The notes beneath the pieces are model-generated. The model was given only the letters and a program-made list of their open reading frames with translations. It did not search any database and had not been told where the DNA came from. Positions 54,273 through 64,000 of a stretch of 64,000 nucleotides of DNA are shown one piece after another (positions within the stretch are counted from its first letter, which is position 1; each line of letters starts with the position of its first letter). Where the stretch lies: contig JBDRHA010000007.1 of assembly GCA_043817235.1 (NCBI GenBank), positions 137,212 through 201,211 on the forward strand, in the 5' to 3' direction. The position numbers were made by a program, and so were the translations under genes. The DNA is from Candidatus Shapirobacteria bacterium. GTDB taxonomy: Bacteria > Patescibacteriota > Microgenomatia > UBA12405 > BS750m-G30.

Positions 54273-55340
54273 ATGAACGTGTCAGCAGGAATTGTGGGAT
54301 TGCCGAATGTGGGCAAATCTACTCTTTTTAACGCTTTGCTTAAAAAACAAGTGGCGGATACGGCTAATTACCCTTTTTGTACTATTGAGCCTAATAAGGG
54401 GATTGTACCGGTTCCTGACGGCCGACTGCCAGTATTGGCTAAAATCGTAAATACGGAAAAAATCGTTCCTGCTGTGGTGGAGTTTATTGATATTGCCGGT
54501 TTGGTTAAAGGAGCGCATAAGGGCGAAGGATTAGGTAATAAGTTTTTGGCTAATATTCGGGAAGTATCGGTTATTGTTCACGTGGTGCGATTTTTTGAAG
54601 ATCCGAATATTGAGCATGTTAGTTCTAAAATTGATCCGCTTTCAGACGTGGAAATTATTGAGAGTGAGCTTGTTTTAGCGGACCTTGAGACTTTGGACAA
54701 ACAAAAAGAGCCAAAACTAAATGCTACAAAAGAAGAAAAAATTCGCTGGGTGGCAATAACTAAGTTAAAAGAAGAATTAAACAAGGGGATATTAGCTAAA
54801 GATGTAGAGCTTGATGAGGATGAGAAAAAAGAAATTAAACCATTATTTTTATTAACGGAAAAACCGGTTATCTATGCGGCTAACTTGGGCGAAAAACAAC
54901 TCGCTAAAAAAGAAGAGATCTTAAAGGATTTTTTTCGTGGCCCAGTGATTGCCTTATCCAATAAACTGGAAGTGGATCTGGCTTCTTTGACTGAAGATGA
55001 GCAAAAAGAATATTTAGCCGAATATAATCTAACAGAGCCAGGCTTAAACCGGTTGGTAAAAATAGCCTACGATACTTTGGGACTAATCTCCTTTTTAACG
55101 GCTGGGGAAAAGGAAGCAAGAGCCTGGACTATTTCCAAGGGCACCTTGGCGCAAGAAGCAGCCGGAGTTATTCATACTGATTTTATTAAAAAGTTTATTA
55201 AGGCGGATGTTGTAAGCTTTGAAAATTTTGTTCAGTATGGCGGGTGGGTAAGCTCTCGCGCGGTTGGGAAAGTGCGTACTGAAGGCAAAGAATATCTAAT
55301 TAAAGACGGGGAAGTGGTAGATTTTAAGATTGGAGCTTAG
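54273..55340 (+). CDS. ychF: Redox-regulated ATPase YchF (Obg family)
   Basis: [43 protein letters not shown] and GVIHTDF motifs. Confidence 0.97.
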   Translation: MNVSAGIVGLPNVGKSTLFNALLKKQVADTANYPFCTIEPNKGIVPVPDGRLPVLAKIVNTEKIVPAVVEFIDIAGLVKGAHKGEGLGNKFLANIREVSVIVHVVRFFEDPNIEHVSSKIDPLSDVEIIESELVLADLETLDKQKEPKLNATKEEKIRWVAITKLKEELNKGILAKDVELDEDEKKEIKPLFLLTEKPVIYAANLGEKQLAKKEEILKDFFRGPVIALSNKLEVDLASLTEDEQKEYLAEYNLTEPGLNRLVKIAYDTLGLISFLTAGEKEARAWTISKGTLAQEAAGVIHTDFIKKFIKADVVSFENFVQYGGWVSSRAVGKVRTEGKEYLIKDGEVVDFKIGA

Positions 55341-55840
55341 TTGGCACATTTTTCCCACAGTCCTAGATTATTTTCCTGAGCATATTCTTGGGCACTTGAG
55401 AAAAGATCACGATATTTAAGATCCGGAGGGATGAGTAGTTTTTTGCCAAAACCGTTATTGAGGAGTATCTGGTTAATCATTTGATTATTCACCCAAACAT
55501 AACGAAGCAAGCGGCCGTAATCGTCCTTTTGGGTAATATCTTTTTCCAACTTAACTAATTTGCCTAAAACAAGTTCTTGGTTTTCTTGGGTAGCTTCTTT
55601 GGCAAAACAATGATTGATTTCCGGAGTATCTACTCCCAAATAACGGATTACTTGACCATTTTCCAATAAAATTGTATCTCCATCAATAACTCTGATTACT
55701 AAAAATTCTTCGTGTTCTGATGCTTCTTTTTGAGGATTTTGATTTCGCTGAACCTGGTCAACTAGCCAATAGTTGACTGTGAAAGCGGATAAGGCTAAAA
55801 GAACAATAACAATATACTTGCCCAAGCCTCTTTTCATCAT
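55337..55840 (-). CDS. Membrane-anchored thermonuclease (SNase family)
   Basis: N-terminal TM helix; VIDGDTI, RYLGVDTPE, DDYGRLLRYV and GLW motifs. Confidence 0.9.
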   Translation of the reverse strand: MMKRGLGKYIVIVLLALSAFTVNYWLVDQVQRNQNPQKEASEHEEFLVIRVIDGDTILLENGQVIRYLGVDTPEINHCFAKEATQENQELVLGKLVKLEKDITQKDDYGRLLRYVWVNNQMINQILLNNGFGKKLLIPPDLKYRDLFSSAQEYAQENNLGLWEKCAN

Positions 55841-55872
55841 TTTATCTTAGCATGAAATGCTAAAATATGGCT

Positions 55873-56775
55873 ATGTTTTCTTTTATAGTTCCGAATTATA
55901 ACGGCCAAAAACTGCTCTCTTCTTGTTTAAAATCAATTGGCAAACAAGATAGAAAAATTAAAAAAGAAATTATTATTATAGATAATGCCTCATTTGATGA
56001 TTCTTTGCGAATCGTCAAAAAATTCCAATTTTTAAATCCTAATTTTCAAGTTAAATTAATTAAAAATTATAAAAATTTGGGTTTTGCGGCGGCTGTTAAT
56101 CAGGGAATTAAAAAAGCCCGCTATTCTTATTTAGTAATAATGAATAACGATTTAGTAATCGCTAATGATTGGCTGGAAAGAATAAATATAGGCATTGTAA
56201 ATTGGCGTGATAAAGAAAAAACAGGGGCTTTTTTTGGTCAAGTTTTAGACTGGAAGGGAGAAAAAATTGAAAGCACCGGATTAATTTTTTCTTCTTGTGG
56301 GAAAGCTTTTAATAGGGGCAACGGGGAAAGAGCAAAAAGCAGCAGCTATCAAAATCAAGAAGTAATCTGGGGCGGGAGCGCTTCGGTTATCGTTTATGCT
56401 AAAAAAGCCTTAGGCAAGATTGGTCTTTTTGATCCTATGTTTTTTGCATATTTAGAAGATGTGGATTTAGCTTTAAGATTAAATAATTTGGGATTGAAAA
56501 CTGTTTATTTGCCTCAGGTAATTTCTTACCATCAAGGCGGGGCAACAACTGATAAGATGAAAATTCGCTACCGCTTGGCTGCTCGCAACTGGTGGTTTAT
56601 AATACTAAAGCACTATTCTTTAAAATATTTTCTTAAGAATTTTTTGGGAATTATTAAAGAGCAGTTAAAGAACTTTCTTAGAGTTGAAGGTATAACAGGA
56701 AAGTTTTGGGTGATAAGCGAGCTAATAAAAAAATGGCCAATCTTAGCCAAAAAGAGAAAACCTATTCTGATCTAA
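55873..56775 (+). CDS. GT2 glycosyltransferase
   Basis: FIVPNYNG, IDNASFD, MNND and FAYLEDVDL motifs. Start is 55867 or 55873. Confidence 0.9.
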   Translation: MFSFIVPNYNGQKLLSSCLKSIGKQDRKIKKEIIIIDNASFDDSLRIVKKFQFLNPNFQVKLIKNYKNLGFAAAVNQGIKKARYSYLVIMNNDLVIANDWLERINIGIVNWRDKEKTGAFFGQVLDWKGEKIESTGLIFSSCGKAFNRGNGERAKSSSYQNQEVIWGGSASVIVYAKKALGKIGLFDPMFFAYLEDVDLALRLNNLGLKTVYLPQVISYHQGGATTDKMKIRYRLAARNWWFIILKHYSLKYFLKNFLGIIKEQLKNFLRVEGITGKFWVISELIKKWPILAKKRKPILI

Positions 56776-57785
56776 AAAAAACTAGAGTAAAAAAGTATGT
56801 TTTAATTTTTTTGCTTATTTTTTTAAGTTTGTTTTTTTTGACTGTCGGGATTGTTTTTTTAGCTACTACTAATTTAAGCCAAAAAATTGGTCTAAGCAGA
56901 AACGAGTTTACAAAAAAAATCTGGAATGGAATTGCCCACCCCTATTCCCAAGATTATTTAACAGTTTTACTCCTAGGTCTGGATACGCGCGAGGATGACA
57001 ATAGCCTGCTAACAGATACTATTTTGCTTGTTAGCATTAATACTCAAAGTGGAGACTACTTGCTTTTTTCTATTCCCCGCGATCTTTGGCTAGCCGATTT
57101 AAAAACAAAAATTAATTCTTTATATTATTATGGGAGCAAAGAAAACCCGCAGGATGGAACTATTTTAGTAAAAAATAAACTGGAAGAAATTCTTAGCTGG
57201 AAGATTGATTATGTAGCTTTATTAAAAATGGACCAGCTTAAAGAGTTGATTGATGATTTGGGGGGAATAGAGGTAAGCGTGGAAAGAAGTTTTGTTGACG
57301 AAAAATTTCCCAAAGATGACGGCAGCAATGAGCTAAAAACTATTAGTTTTGACCAAGGCTGGCAAAAGTTTGATGGGGAAAGGGCTTTAGAGTTTATCCG
57401 ATCGCGCCAAAGTGAAGATTTAACGGAAGGGACCGATGAAGCGCGGCAAAAAAGACAAAAGAAAGTAATTTTAGCTTTAAAAAATAAATTAATTAACGAA
57501 AAGAGTCTTTGGTTAGATTTTCGACTGATAGCCAATTTAATAAATTTTGCGACTCAAGAAATAGAGGTTAGCCCAGATATTGATTTGGCCACCTTAGCTT
57601 CTTTCGCTAAACTAGGAAAGGAATTAGCGCTAAAAGGGGAAGAAAAAGAGCTGGAGTTAGACTGGGAGGGTGAAACGGCATTGCTAAAAACTGAAAAGGA
57701 ATCAACTAATGGAGCTTGGGTTTTAGTTCCGAAAAGTGGAAATTGGGAAAATATTGCCCATTATTTTAAAGAGTCTTTGCCTTAA
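56733..57785 (+). CDS. LCP (LytR-CpsA-Psr) family glycopolymer transferase
   Basis: N-terminal TM helix; LLLGLD, TDTI, SIPRDLW, KINS, ALEFIRSR and D.AR..RQ motifs. Confidence 0.92.
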   Translation: MANLSQKEKTYSDLKKTRVKKYVLIFLLIFLSLFFLTVGIVFLATTNLSQKIGLSRNEFTKKIWNGIAHPYSQDYLTVLLLGLDTREDDNSLLTDTILLVSINTQSGDYLLFSIPRDLWLADLKTKINSLYYYGSKENPQDGTILVKNKLEEILSWKIDYVALLKMDQLKELIDDLGGIEVSVERSFVDEKFPKDDGSNELKTISFDQGWQKFDGERALEFIRSRQSEDLTEGTDEARQKRQKKVILALKNKLINEKSLWLDFRLIANLINFATQEIEVSPDIDLATLASFAKLGKELALKGEEKELELDWEGETALLKTEKESTNGAWVLVPKSGNWENIAHYFKESLP

Positions 57786-57787
57786 TA

Positions 57788-58963
57788 ATGAAAGTTCTTC
57801 TTATTTCCCATTGCTTTCCTCCGGCCCAAGACGGAGGAGCGGTAACTTTTGGCTATATAAAAGAAATTCTTATCCGGGCTGGGAATCAAGTTGAAGTGAT
57901 TACCAGTAATTGCTTTTCTTCGGATGATTTTATTAAAATAGGGACCAAAACGATCTCTCCTCAAAAGCAAGAGAAGAAAAATTTATCAATTATTAGGCTC
58001 TCAGTGTTTAAAAAAGGAAGATTATTTTTTCGCTTAGGCGAATTAGTTTTTAAAAATAATTTAATTTCTCTTTTTAAAAGAGGGCCGGTATTTACTAGTC
58101 TAAAATATATTTTGAAAAAAAGGGAGGTGGATTGGGTAATTACAGGCTTTTTTCCGACACTCGCGCCCTTTTGGGGTTATTGGATAGCTAGAAGAAGCAG
58201 GACTAAGCTTGCCCTGATTCCTGGTTATCATAAGGGGGATTTAAATTATCAAAATCGCTACTTAGTCAAACTTCTTTTTCGGGCTGATTTGCTTATTTGT
58301 TTTACCAAATGGGAAGCTAAACATTATCAAAATTTAGGAATTAGCAAAAAGAAGATTACGGTAATCGGAAATGTTGCTCCCAAGTATTTATTAAAAAAAA
58401 CTGCATCTTTCCCAAAAAAACCAATTATCTTGTATTTAGGCGCAAAAGCTGCCCATAAAAGAGTGGAATTATTAATTGAGGCTATGGAAAGGGTTTGGCA
58501 AGTGGATAAAAAAGTTGATCTGGTAATTGCCGGGCCCGAAACTTTGCACAGTGCGAAAGTTAAAGAAAAAATTCGGAAGTTAAAAATATCTTTTCGCAAA
58601 CAAGTAACTTATTATTCTTGTGTAAGTGAGAAAAAAAAGATTGCCTTGCTAGACGACGCAACAGTTTTAGTTAATCCGGCTCTGTCAGAGTCTTTTAGTT
58701 TAGTTTTTATGGACAGCTGGGCCCGGAAAAAGCCGGTAATTGGCAGTAATTTCCCAGCCAAAAGAGAATTAGTTAAAGAAAGTGGGGGCGGGTTATTATT
58801 TAAAAAATATTCAGCGCAAGATTTAGCTGAAAAAATAATTAAAATAATTTCGTCGCCTCAAAAAGCAAAAATAATGGGGGAGCGCGGTTATAATAATTTA
58901 ATAAATAAATATACTCTAGGCCGAGTGGGGGAAAAATTATTAAAAGCTTTAGCAAAAGAATGA
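57788..58963 (+). CDS. GT4 (GT-B) glycosyltransferase
   Basis: FPPAQDGG and ESFSLVFMDSWARKKPVIGS motifs. Confidence 0.85.
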   Translation: MKVLLISHCFPPAQDGGAVTFGYIKEILIRAGNQVEVITSNCFSSDDFIKIGTKTISPQKQEKKNLSIIRLSVFKKGRLFFRLGELVFKNNLISLFKRGPVFTSLKYILKKREVDWVITGFFPTLAPFWGYWIARRSRTKLALIPGYHKGDLNYQNRYLVKLLFRADLLICFTKWEAKHYQNLGISKKKITVIGNVAPKYLLKKTASFPKKPIILYLGAKAAHKRVELLIEAMERVWQVDKKVDLVIAGPETLHSAKVKEKIRKLKISFRKQVTYYSCVSEKKKIALLDDATVLVNPALSESFSLVFMDSWARKKPVIGSNFPAKRELVKESGGGLLFKKYSAQDLAEKIIKIISSPQKAKIMGERGYNNLINKYTLGRVGEKLLKALAKE

Positions 58964-60354
58964 ATATTTTACTAGCGAGCACTTTAATCTTTGGTTTAAT
59001 TTTAAGATTAATCTCTTTAAACCAGTCTTTTTGGCTGGATGAGGCGGTTCAGGTTTGGGCGAGCTCTTCTTTTTCTCTTTCCAAGCTTCTGACTCAATAT
59101 ATGCCCGGCGATTTTAATCCGCCTCTTTACCACCTTGCGCTCAAAGGATGGATTCAGATTTTAGGCAACTCTGAAGACCAAATACGCTTGCTTTCGGTTA
59201 TTTTTGGAATCGCCAGCTTAAATATTTTTTATCAAATCCTGCTTGAGCTTAAACTAAAAAAAGCCTGGCTCCCTGCCATGCTCTTGCTTGCTACCTCTCC
59301 TTTGCATATTTATTATTCGCAAGAAGTCCGGATGTATATCTTGGCCGGGCTTGGATTTTTGCTTTCTTTATGGCGTTTTCTGGTTTTTTTCCGAAGAAAA
59401 TCGCTTAAGAATTCTATTTTTCTAAGTCTTTCTTTTCTAGTTATGGCTTTTTCCCATTTTCTAGCCCTTTTTACTTTACCCGTTTTCTTCTTTTGGGGGA
59501 TTGGGCAAGAAAGAAAAAACAAAAAAAAGAATTGGGTTTTGTTTTTATTTCCCTTTTTTATTCTATTAGTTGCTTATTTGGCCTACAGCCCGCTTTTGCT
59601 TTCTCAAATTAAAACGGGCTTAGGCTGGCAAGAAGAATTTCCGGTTTGGAGGCAAACGGTGGGAAGTTTTAGTTTAAAAGCAGCGGCCCTTCTGCCGCTT
59701 AAGTTTATTATTGGCAGGATAAGCTTTTCGCCTCCTTGGTTTTATGGCGCAATATCGGTTGTCTTGGTTATTCTTTATTGGGGGCTGGCTCTACTAGGAA
59801 TCAGAAAAGGAAAAAAAATAGGCAGAAAATGGCTTTTAATCTTTTTATTATTAGCTTTTCCGGTATTGGCGGGTTTTCTGCTGAGCTATAAAATTTCAGT
59901 TTTTTCCTATTTTCGCTTTTTGTATGTTTTACCTCTTTTTTATCTATTAATCGGGGCAGGTTTAGAAAAAATGGGGAGGTGTTTGTTATTTTTCTCAATT
60001 CTGTTTGTAGGGATTAATTTAATTTGCACTTTTATTTATTTGGCAAACCCTAATTTTCACCGGGAAAATTGGCGAGGCGCAGTTAGCTGGCTTCACTCGC
60101 AAAATCAGCGCTTTGAGTCCTCCTTAATCATCCTGCCGCAAATAGACAAGCCCTTTTTGTATTATGATCAGGGCCAAACAAGACTGATTACAGCTGATGA
60201 AGCTAAAGATCCGTTAGTTTATTTGGCAAGCTACAGTTTGCCAATCTTTGACCCAAGCGATAAAATAAGAAAGACTTTAGGAGAAAAAGGTTATAAGTTA
60301 GACAAAGGGGAGAGCTTTAATCAAGTCGGAATAGAGCTTTGGAGGAGAGAATAA
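58960..60354 (+). CDS. GT-C (GT39/PMT-like) membrane glycosyltransferase
   Basis: QSFWLDEA, NPPLY, YSQEVRMY and ENWR motifs. Confidence 0.85.
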   Translation: MNILLASTLIFGLILRLISLNQSFWLDEAVQVWASSSFSLSKLLTQYMPGDFNPPLYHLALKGWIQILGNSEDQIRLLSVIFGIASLNIFYQILLELKLKKAWLPAMLLLATSPLHIYYSQEVRMYILAGLGFLLSLWRFLVFFRRKSLKNSIFLSLSFLVMAFSHFLALFTLPVFFFWGIGQERKNKKKNWVLFLFPFFILLVAYLAYSPLLLSQIKTGLGWQEEFPVWRQTVGSFSLKAAALLPLKFIIGRISFSPPWFYGAISVVLVILYWGLALLGIRKGKKIGRKWLLIFLLLAFPVLAGFLLSYKISVFSYFRFLYVLPLFYLLIGAGLEKMGRCLLFFSILFVGINLICTFIYLANPNFHRENWRGAVSWLHSQNQRFESSLIILPQIDKPFLYYDQGQTRLITADEAKDPLVYLASYSLPIFDPSDKIRKTLGEKGYKLDKGESFNQVGIELWRRE

Positions 60355-60355
60355 A

Positions 60356-60568
60356 ATGACTTCAATTGAAACAAGAGAATTTCCCAATGACCGGGTCGGG
60401 AGGCCACCGGATGAAAAAGAGCAAGCAAGAAAGAATTTTGACCCTCATTTTCCAAGAAAAGAACCCAGGTCCGAGGTCGGGCCAACTGATAAGAAAAATG
60501 TTTTTAAAGAAGAGCTGCTCGATGAGGGTTTTGCGTCATTTTTACGAGTTTTCGGTATAAAAATTTGA
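60356..60568 (+). CDS. Small hypothetical protein
   Basis: 70-aa ORF that exactly fills the gap between operonic genes. Confidence 0.5.
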   Translation: MTSIETREFPNDRVGRPPDEKEQARKNFDPHFPRKEPRSEVGPTDKKNVFKEELLDEGFASFLRVFGIKI

Positions 60569-60574
60569 CAGTAA

Positions 60575-61663
60575 ATGAAAATTGGGATTGATTTATCTCC
60601 TGTTGTTTATGGTACGGGCGTGAGTGTTTATTTAAAGAATCTAGCGGAAACTTTACTGAAAATTGATCAAAAAAATGATTATGTTTTTTTCTTTAGCTCG
60701 CTTAGGCGATCATTATCTGAGTCGGGAATTACGCTAAAGGGCGAAAATTTTTCAGTCAAAAACTTTAAAATGCCCCCTCTTTTGCTGGAAACTCTTTGGA
60801 ACCAGCTTCATTTATTTCCGGTGGAAAAATTTATCGGAGAGATTGATGTTTTTCATGCTTCGGATTGGGCCCAGCCCCCAGCCCAAAAAACAAAGATTGT
60901 CGCCACCATTCATGATCTTTCTTTTTTGCGCTGGCCTCAAACCGCCCATCCCCAGGTTTTAGCGGCGCAAAAACGAAGACTGGCTTGGGTTAAAAAAGAG
61001 GCGGCCAAGATTATCGCTGTTTCCGAGGCCACGAAAAAAGAAATAATCGAGCTTTTAGGAATTGAAGAAAAAAGAATTGAAGTTGTTTACGAGGCTTTGC
61101 CTGACGATCTTGTTCAAATAAAGCCAAAAGTAAGTTTAAAAAAGTTTGGAATAACCAAGTCTTTTGTGATGGCTAGCGGCTCGCAATCCGAGCGCAAAAA
61201 TATTAGCCGGACCATCAAAGCCTTTGCTCTTTTAAAAAATAAATTAAATTTGCAGTTGGCCATTACCGGAGAATATAAGCCAGAAGACAAGCTAGATAGC
61301 GATATCATTGTGACCGGTTTTATATCTCGGCCCGAGTGGGCAGGTTTGCTAAAAGCGGCAAAAGCATTGGTTTATCCTTCGGTTTACGAAGGCTTTGGTT
61401 TGCCGATTTTGGAGGCATTTTACTTAGGTGTTCCGGTAGTTACCAGTAATTTATCCAGCATGAAAGAAATAGCCGGGCGGGCGGCTCTTTTAGTTGACCC
61501 CTATTCTTCTGAATCTATTGCTAAGGGGATTGAAAAGATAGTTAGTTCACGGGAGGCGAATAAAAATCTAAAAAGGCTGGGGAAAAAGCGGTTAAAAGAT
61601 TTTTCTTGGGAAAAGGCCGCCCGAAAAACTTTAAAGATTTATGAACAGGTGGCTAAGACTTGA
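60575..61663 (+). CDS. GT4 glycosyltransferase (MtfB/WbaZ-like)
   Basis: TIHDLSF, VSEAT, RKN and YEGFGLPILEA motifs. Confidence 0.92.
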   Translation: MKIGIDLSPVVYGTGVSVYLKNLAETLLKIDQKNDYVFFFSSLRRSLSESGITLKGENFSVKNFKMPPLLLETLWNQLHLFPVEKFIGEIDVFHASDWAQPPAQKTKIVATIHDLSFLRWPQTAHPQVLAAQKRRLAWVKKEAAKIIAVSEATKKEIIELLGIEEKRIEVVYEALPDDLVQIKPKVSLKKFGITKSFVMASGSQSERKNISRTIKAFALLKNKLNLQLAITGEYKPEDKLDSDIIVTGFISRPEWAGLLKAAKALVYPSVYEGFGLPILEAFYLGVPVVTSNLSSMKEIAGRAALLVDPYSSESIAKGIEKIVSSREANKNLKRLGKKRLKDFSWEKAARKTLKIYEQVAKT

Positions 61664-61726
61664 TGTTTAATTGGGTATTTTGTAGTAAAATAATTCACCA
61701 GACGTTAATTGACTTAACTACTAATA

Positions 61727-62365
61727 ATGGCTAATAATTTTCAGATTAATTTATTTCCACCCAAAATAATTTTTAAAGACCGCATGGGTAAAAAATTATC
61801 TTTTTCCCAAGGAATGGAAAAAATACTTAGAAGAATAGATAATTATTTTCTTGATCTTTGGCTTATGATTCTGAATGGGGTTACCAATTGCCCATTTTGG
61901 TCAGTCCGAAAATTGTTTTTTTTACTTTCTGGTGTTCAAATTGGCCAGGGGAGCAAACTTCATTGCGGAGTTCGATTTTATCAGCCACGAGGAATAAAGA
62001 TTGGAAGGGGAAGCATTATTGGTTATCGTACATTCTTAGATGGAAGAGCGCCCTTGACGATTGGCAAAGAGGTGGATATTGCTTCTGAAGTAATGATTTA
62101 TAACTCTGAGCACGATATTCATGCGAATGATATGCGGGCCATTGAAGGGTTTGTAGAAATTGGTGATTATGTTTTTATTGGACCCCGAGCAATTATTATG
62201 CCGGGAGTAAAAATTGGTCAGGGAGCGGTGATTGCCGCCGGAGCGGTGGTAACGAAAGATGTAGGCCCAAAAGAAATTGTTGCCGGTATTCCCGCCCAGA
62301 AAATAGGGGAAAGAAGAATAAAAGAATTAAATTATAAATTGGGCAGGGCTCGCGCCTTTCAATAG
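61727..62365 (+). CDS. Hexapeptide-repeat acyltransferase (sugar O-acetyltransferase-like)
   Basis: IGDYVFIG....MPGVKIG.GAVIAAGAVVTKDV......GIPA motif. Confidence 0.9.
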   Translation: MANNFQINLFPPKIIFKDRMGKKLSFSQGMEKILRRIDNYFLDLWLMILNGVTNCPFWSVRKLFFLLSGVQIGQGSKLHCGVRFYQPRGIKIGRGSIIGYRTFLDGRAPLTIGKEVDIASEVMIYNSEHDIHANDMRAIEGFVEIGDYVFIGPRAIIMPGVKIGQGAVIAAGAVVTKDVGPKEIVAGIPAQKIGERRIKELNYKLGRARAFQ

Positions 62366-62920
62366 ATGTTAAAAAAGTTTTTCTTCGTGTTAGGTGTTAT
62401 TTTAAGTCTTTATTTATTGGTCCCTGGACCCAAGCTTCCTCCGCTTGATTTGCCGGAATCTTTGAAATCTGATGAGCCCGGAGATACCTATCAAATATTT
62501 CAGGCAAGCGCCTATTATACTGATAAAGAAAGAGAAGAGGTTATTAGTTTTTATGATCAATATTTTTCTCACTCTTCTTTTTTAAACTTTCCTCTTTTTA
62601 CTTATCGACTTAATCATCCGCCAGAATATGCTCGGGAAATTTGGGTAGACACAAAGCAAAGCTATTATTTGGAAGAAATTGTTAATCCTTTTCGCGGTTC
62701 TCTTTATGTTAACGGCTATGAATGGGCGCGTGATGTTTTTACTCCAGTAGAGGCTCGGGAGCAGTATGCCTTGATTGTTGGTGGAAGAGTTTGGCCGAGC
62801 AAGGTTAGCTTGCGTTATTTTTCTTCTTTCTGGATAGTAAGGTTAGTGGTCTTTTGGGCCAGCTGGCTTATGCTTGGCTGGATAATTGGCCTTTGGGCTA
62901 AGGAGTTTAAAAGGCGATGA
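62366..62920 (+). CDS. Hypothetical membrane protein
   Basis: TM helices at both ends around a soluble core (SDEPGDT, LNHPPE); operonic position. Confidence 0.7.
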   Translation: MLKKFFFVLGVILSLYLLVPGPKLPPLDLPESLKSDEPGDTYQIFQASAYYTDKEREEVISFYDQYFSHSSFLNFPLFTYRLNHPPEYAREIWVDTKQSYYLEEIVNPFRGSLYVNGYEWARDVFTPVEAREQYALIVGGRVWPSKVSLRYFSSFWIVRLVVFWASWLMLGWIIGLWAKEFKRR

Positions 62921-63840
62921 AACCTGTTTTGTCTATTATTATTTTAAACTATAATACGAAGAATATCTTAAAAGATTGCTTAGCCTCTCTTGTTCGTTTT
63001 GATAAGCGCTTGGATTTTTCCGGGAAAATTATAAAAAGCAATCAGGAGGAAATTACTCCTGCTGAGATCATCGTGGTTGATAATGGTTCTTGCGATGGCA
63101 GTAGGGAGTTTTTAAAAAATTGGGAAAAGAAAAAATCCGGATTTGGGGCGATTTTTAATAAAAAGAATTTGGGCTTTGGCAAGGCGAATAATCTGGCTAT
63201 GAAAAAAGCCAGAGGTGAATATTTTTTACTTTTAAACAGCGATACTCTCTTTTTTCAGGCTGCTATTTCCCAGACCCTTTTTTGGCTTTGTGCTCGGCCG
63301 GAATTTGATCTGGCTGCTCCTCGTTTGTTAAATCAAAATAAAACTATTCAGCCCTCGGCTGGGCGTTTTCCGAATTTGGTTAATACTTTTGCTATGCTTT
63401 TTTTAGATCGCTTAAGCAAAAAGCAGATTTTAATGAGCTCTCCCGATCAAATTAAAGAGGTTGACTGGGTGATGGGTGCGTTTATGATGTTAAAGAAAAA
63501 AGTTTTTACCAAAACAAAAGGTTTTGATGAAAAGATTTTTATGTATATGGAAGAAGTGGAGTGGTGCTATCGGATTAAAAAAGCAGATTTCAAAATTGGA
63601 TTTTATCCTTCGGCTCAAGTAATTCACTTGAAAGGAGCTAGTTCAGCAAGCCGCACAATTCCTATTCTTAATATTTATAAAGGGCTGATTTATTTTTACC
63701 AAAAGCATTATTCCAAGGTATCGTATTATATATTAAAATTACTATTAAGGGTAAAAGCGGGCTTAGCTTTAATTTTAGGCATTTTAACTAAAAATGAGTA
63801 TATTAAAAAAACTTACAGGCAGGCTTGGGCCATTAACTAA
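62917..63840 (+). CDS. GT2 glycosyltransferase
   Basis: LSIIILNYN, VDNGSCD, LLNSD and FMYMEEVEWC motifs. Confidence 0.9.
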   Translation: MKPVLSIIILNYNTKNILKDCLASLVRFDKRLDFSGKIIKSNQEEITPAEIIVVDNGSCDGSREFLKNWEKKKSGFGAIFNKKNLGFGKANNLAMKKARGEYFLLLNSDTLFFQAAISQTLFWLCARPEFDLAAPRLLNQNKTIQPSAGRFPNLVNTFAMLFLDRLSKKQILMSSPDQIKEVDWVMGAFMMLKKKVFTKTKGFDEKIFMYMEEVEWCYRIKKADFKIGFYPSAQVIHLKGASSASRTIPILNIYKGLIYFYQKHYSKVSYYILKLLLRVKAGLALILGILTKNEYIKKTYRQAWAIN

Positions 63841-64000
63841 GGATTATCGGGAAAAGGGGAGCGTTTTAAAAATTGCTTTTTTTGTTTTGCTTTTTTTCCT
63901 ACCTCTTTATCCGAAATTTCCTTTAACTGAGGTGGCCGGCACTTACGTTTCTATTCGGCTTGAAGATTGGGTAGTTTTGGCGGCCGTTTTAGCTTGGGGA
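63794..64000 (+). CDS. Partial membrane protein, possibly O-antigen ligase/Wzy-like; runs off the window end
   Basis: Manual translation from ATG 63794 gives MSILKK...FFVLLFFLPLYPKFPLTEVAGTYVSIRLEDW, open to the end. Not in the ORF track. Confidence 0.55.
   Translation, partial: MSILKKLTGRLGPLTKDYREKGSVLKIAFFVLLFFLPLYPKFPLTEVAGTYVSIRLEDWVVLAAVLAWG

Noticed and set aside
1-64000. Alternative genetic code (TGA=Gly), tRNA/rRNA genes, DGR or retron reverse transcriptase, prophage
   Set aside because: Conserved genes are full length with TGA acting as stop. No tRNA cloverleaf, rRNA, reverse transcriptase or phage structural motifs were recognised.

Overview
Gene-dense, AT-rich bacterial window using genetic code 11 (TGA is a stop). 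Gene content, tight overlaps and near-leaderless promoters suggest Patescibacteria/CPR, Microgenomates-like (inference). Most of it is one very large cell-surface glycosylation region. It holds about 15 GT2 and 4 GT4 glycosyltransferases, about 9 GT-C membrane transferases (ArnT/PMT-like, PIG-V-like, TMTC-like, AftD-like), 2 Wzx flippases, an LCP ligase and a partial O-antigen-ligase-like gene. It also holds a ~1,500-aa secreted surface protein and a tailoring set: 3 radical SAM enzymes (2 cobalamin-binding type), a DegT aminotransferase, 6 class I methyltransferase domains, a FrhB-like/pyruvyltransferase pair and an acyltransferase. apt, mtnP, ychF and a thermonuclease are also present. Two non-coding structures stand out. 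(1) An HUH/Y1 RAYT-type transposase is bracketed by inverted REP-like palindromes; a third copy forms a 54-bp direct repeat around a 3-gene cassette (metallophosphoesterase, CCA-type nucleotidyltransferase-like protein, Qng1-like queuosine-salvage glycosylase). (2) A ~132-bp triple-hairpin element with IS200/IS605-end-like architecture is inserted in frame in a membrane hydrolase gene, with a second degenerate copy 22.6 kb away. No rRNA, tRNA or CRISPR array was recognised.
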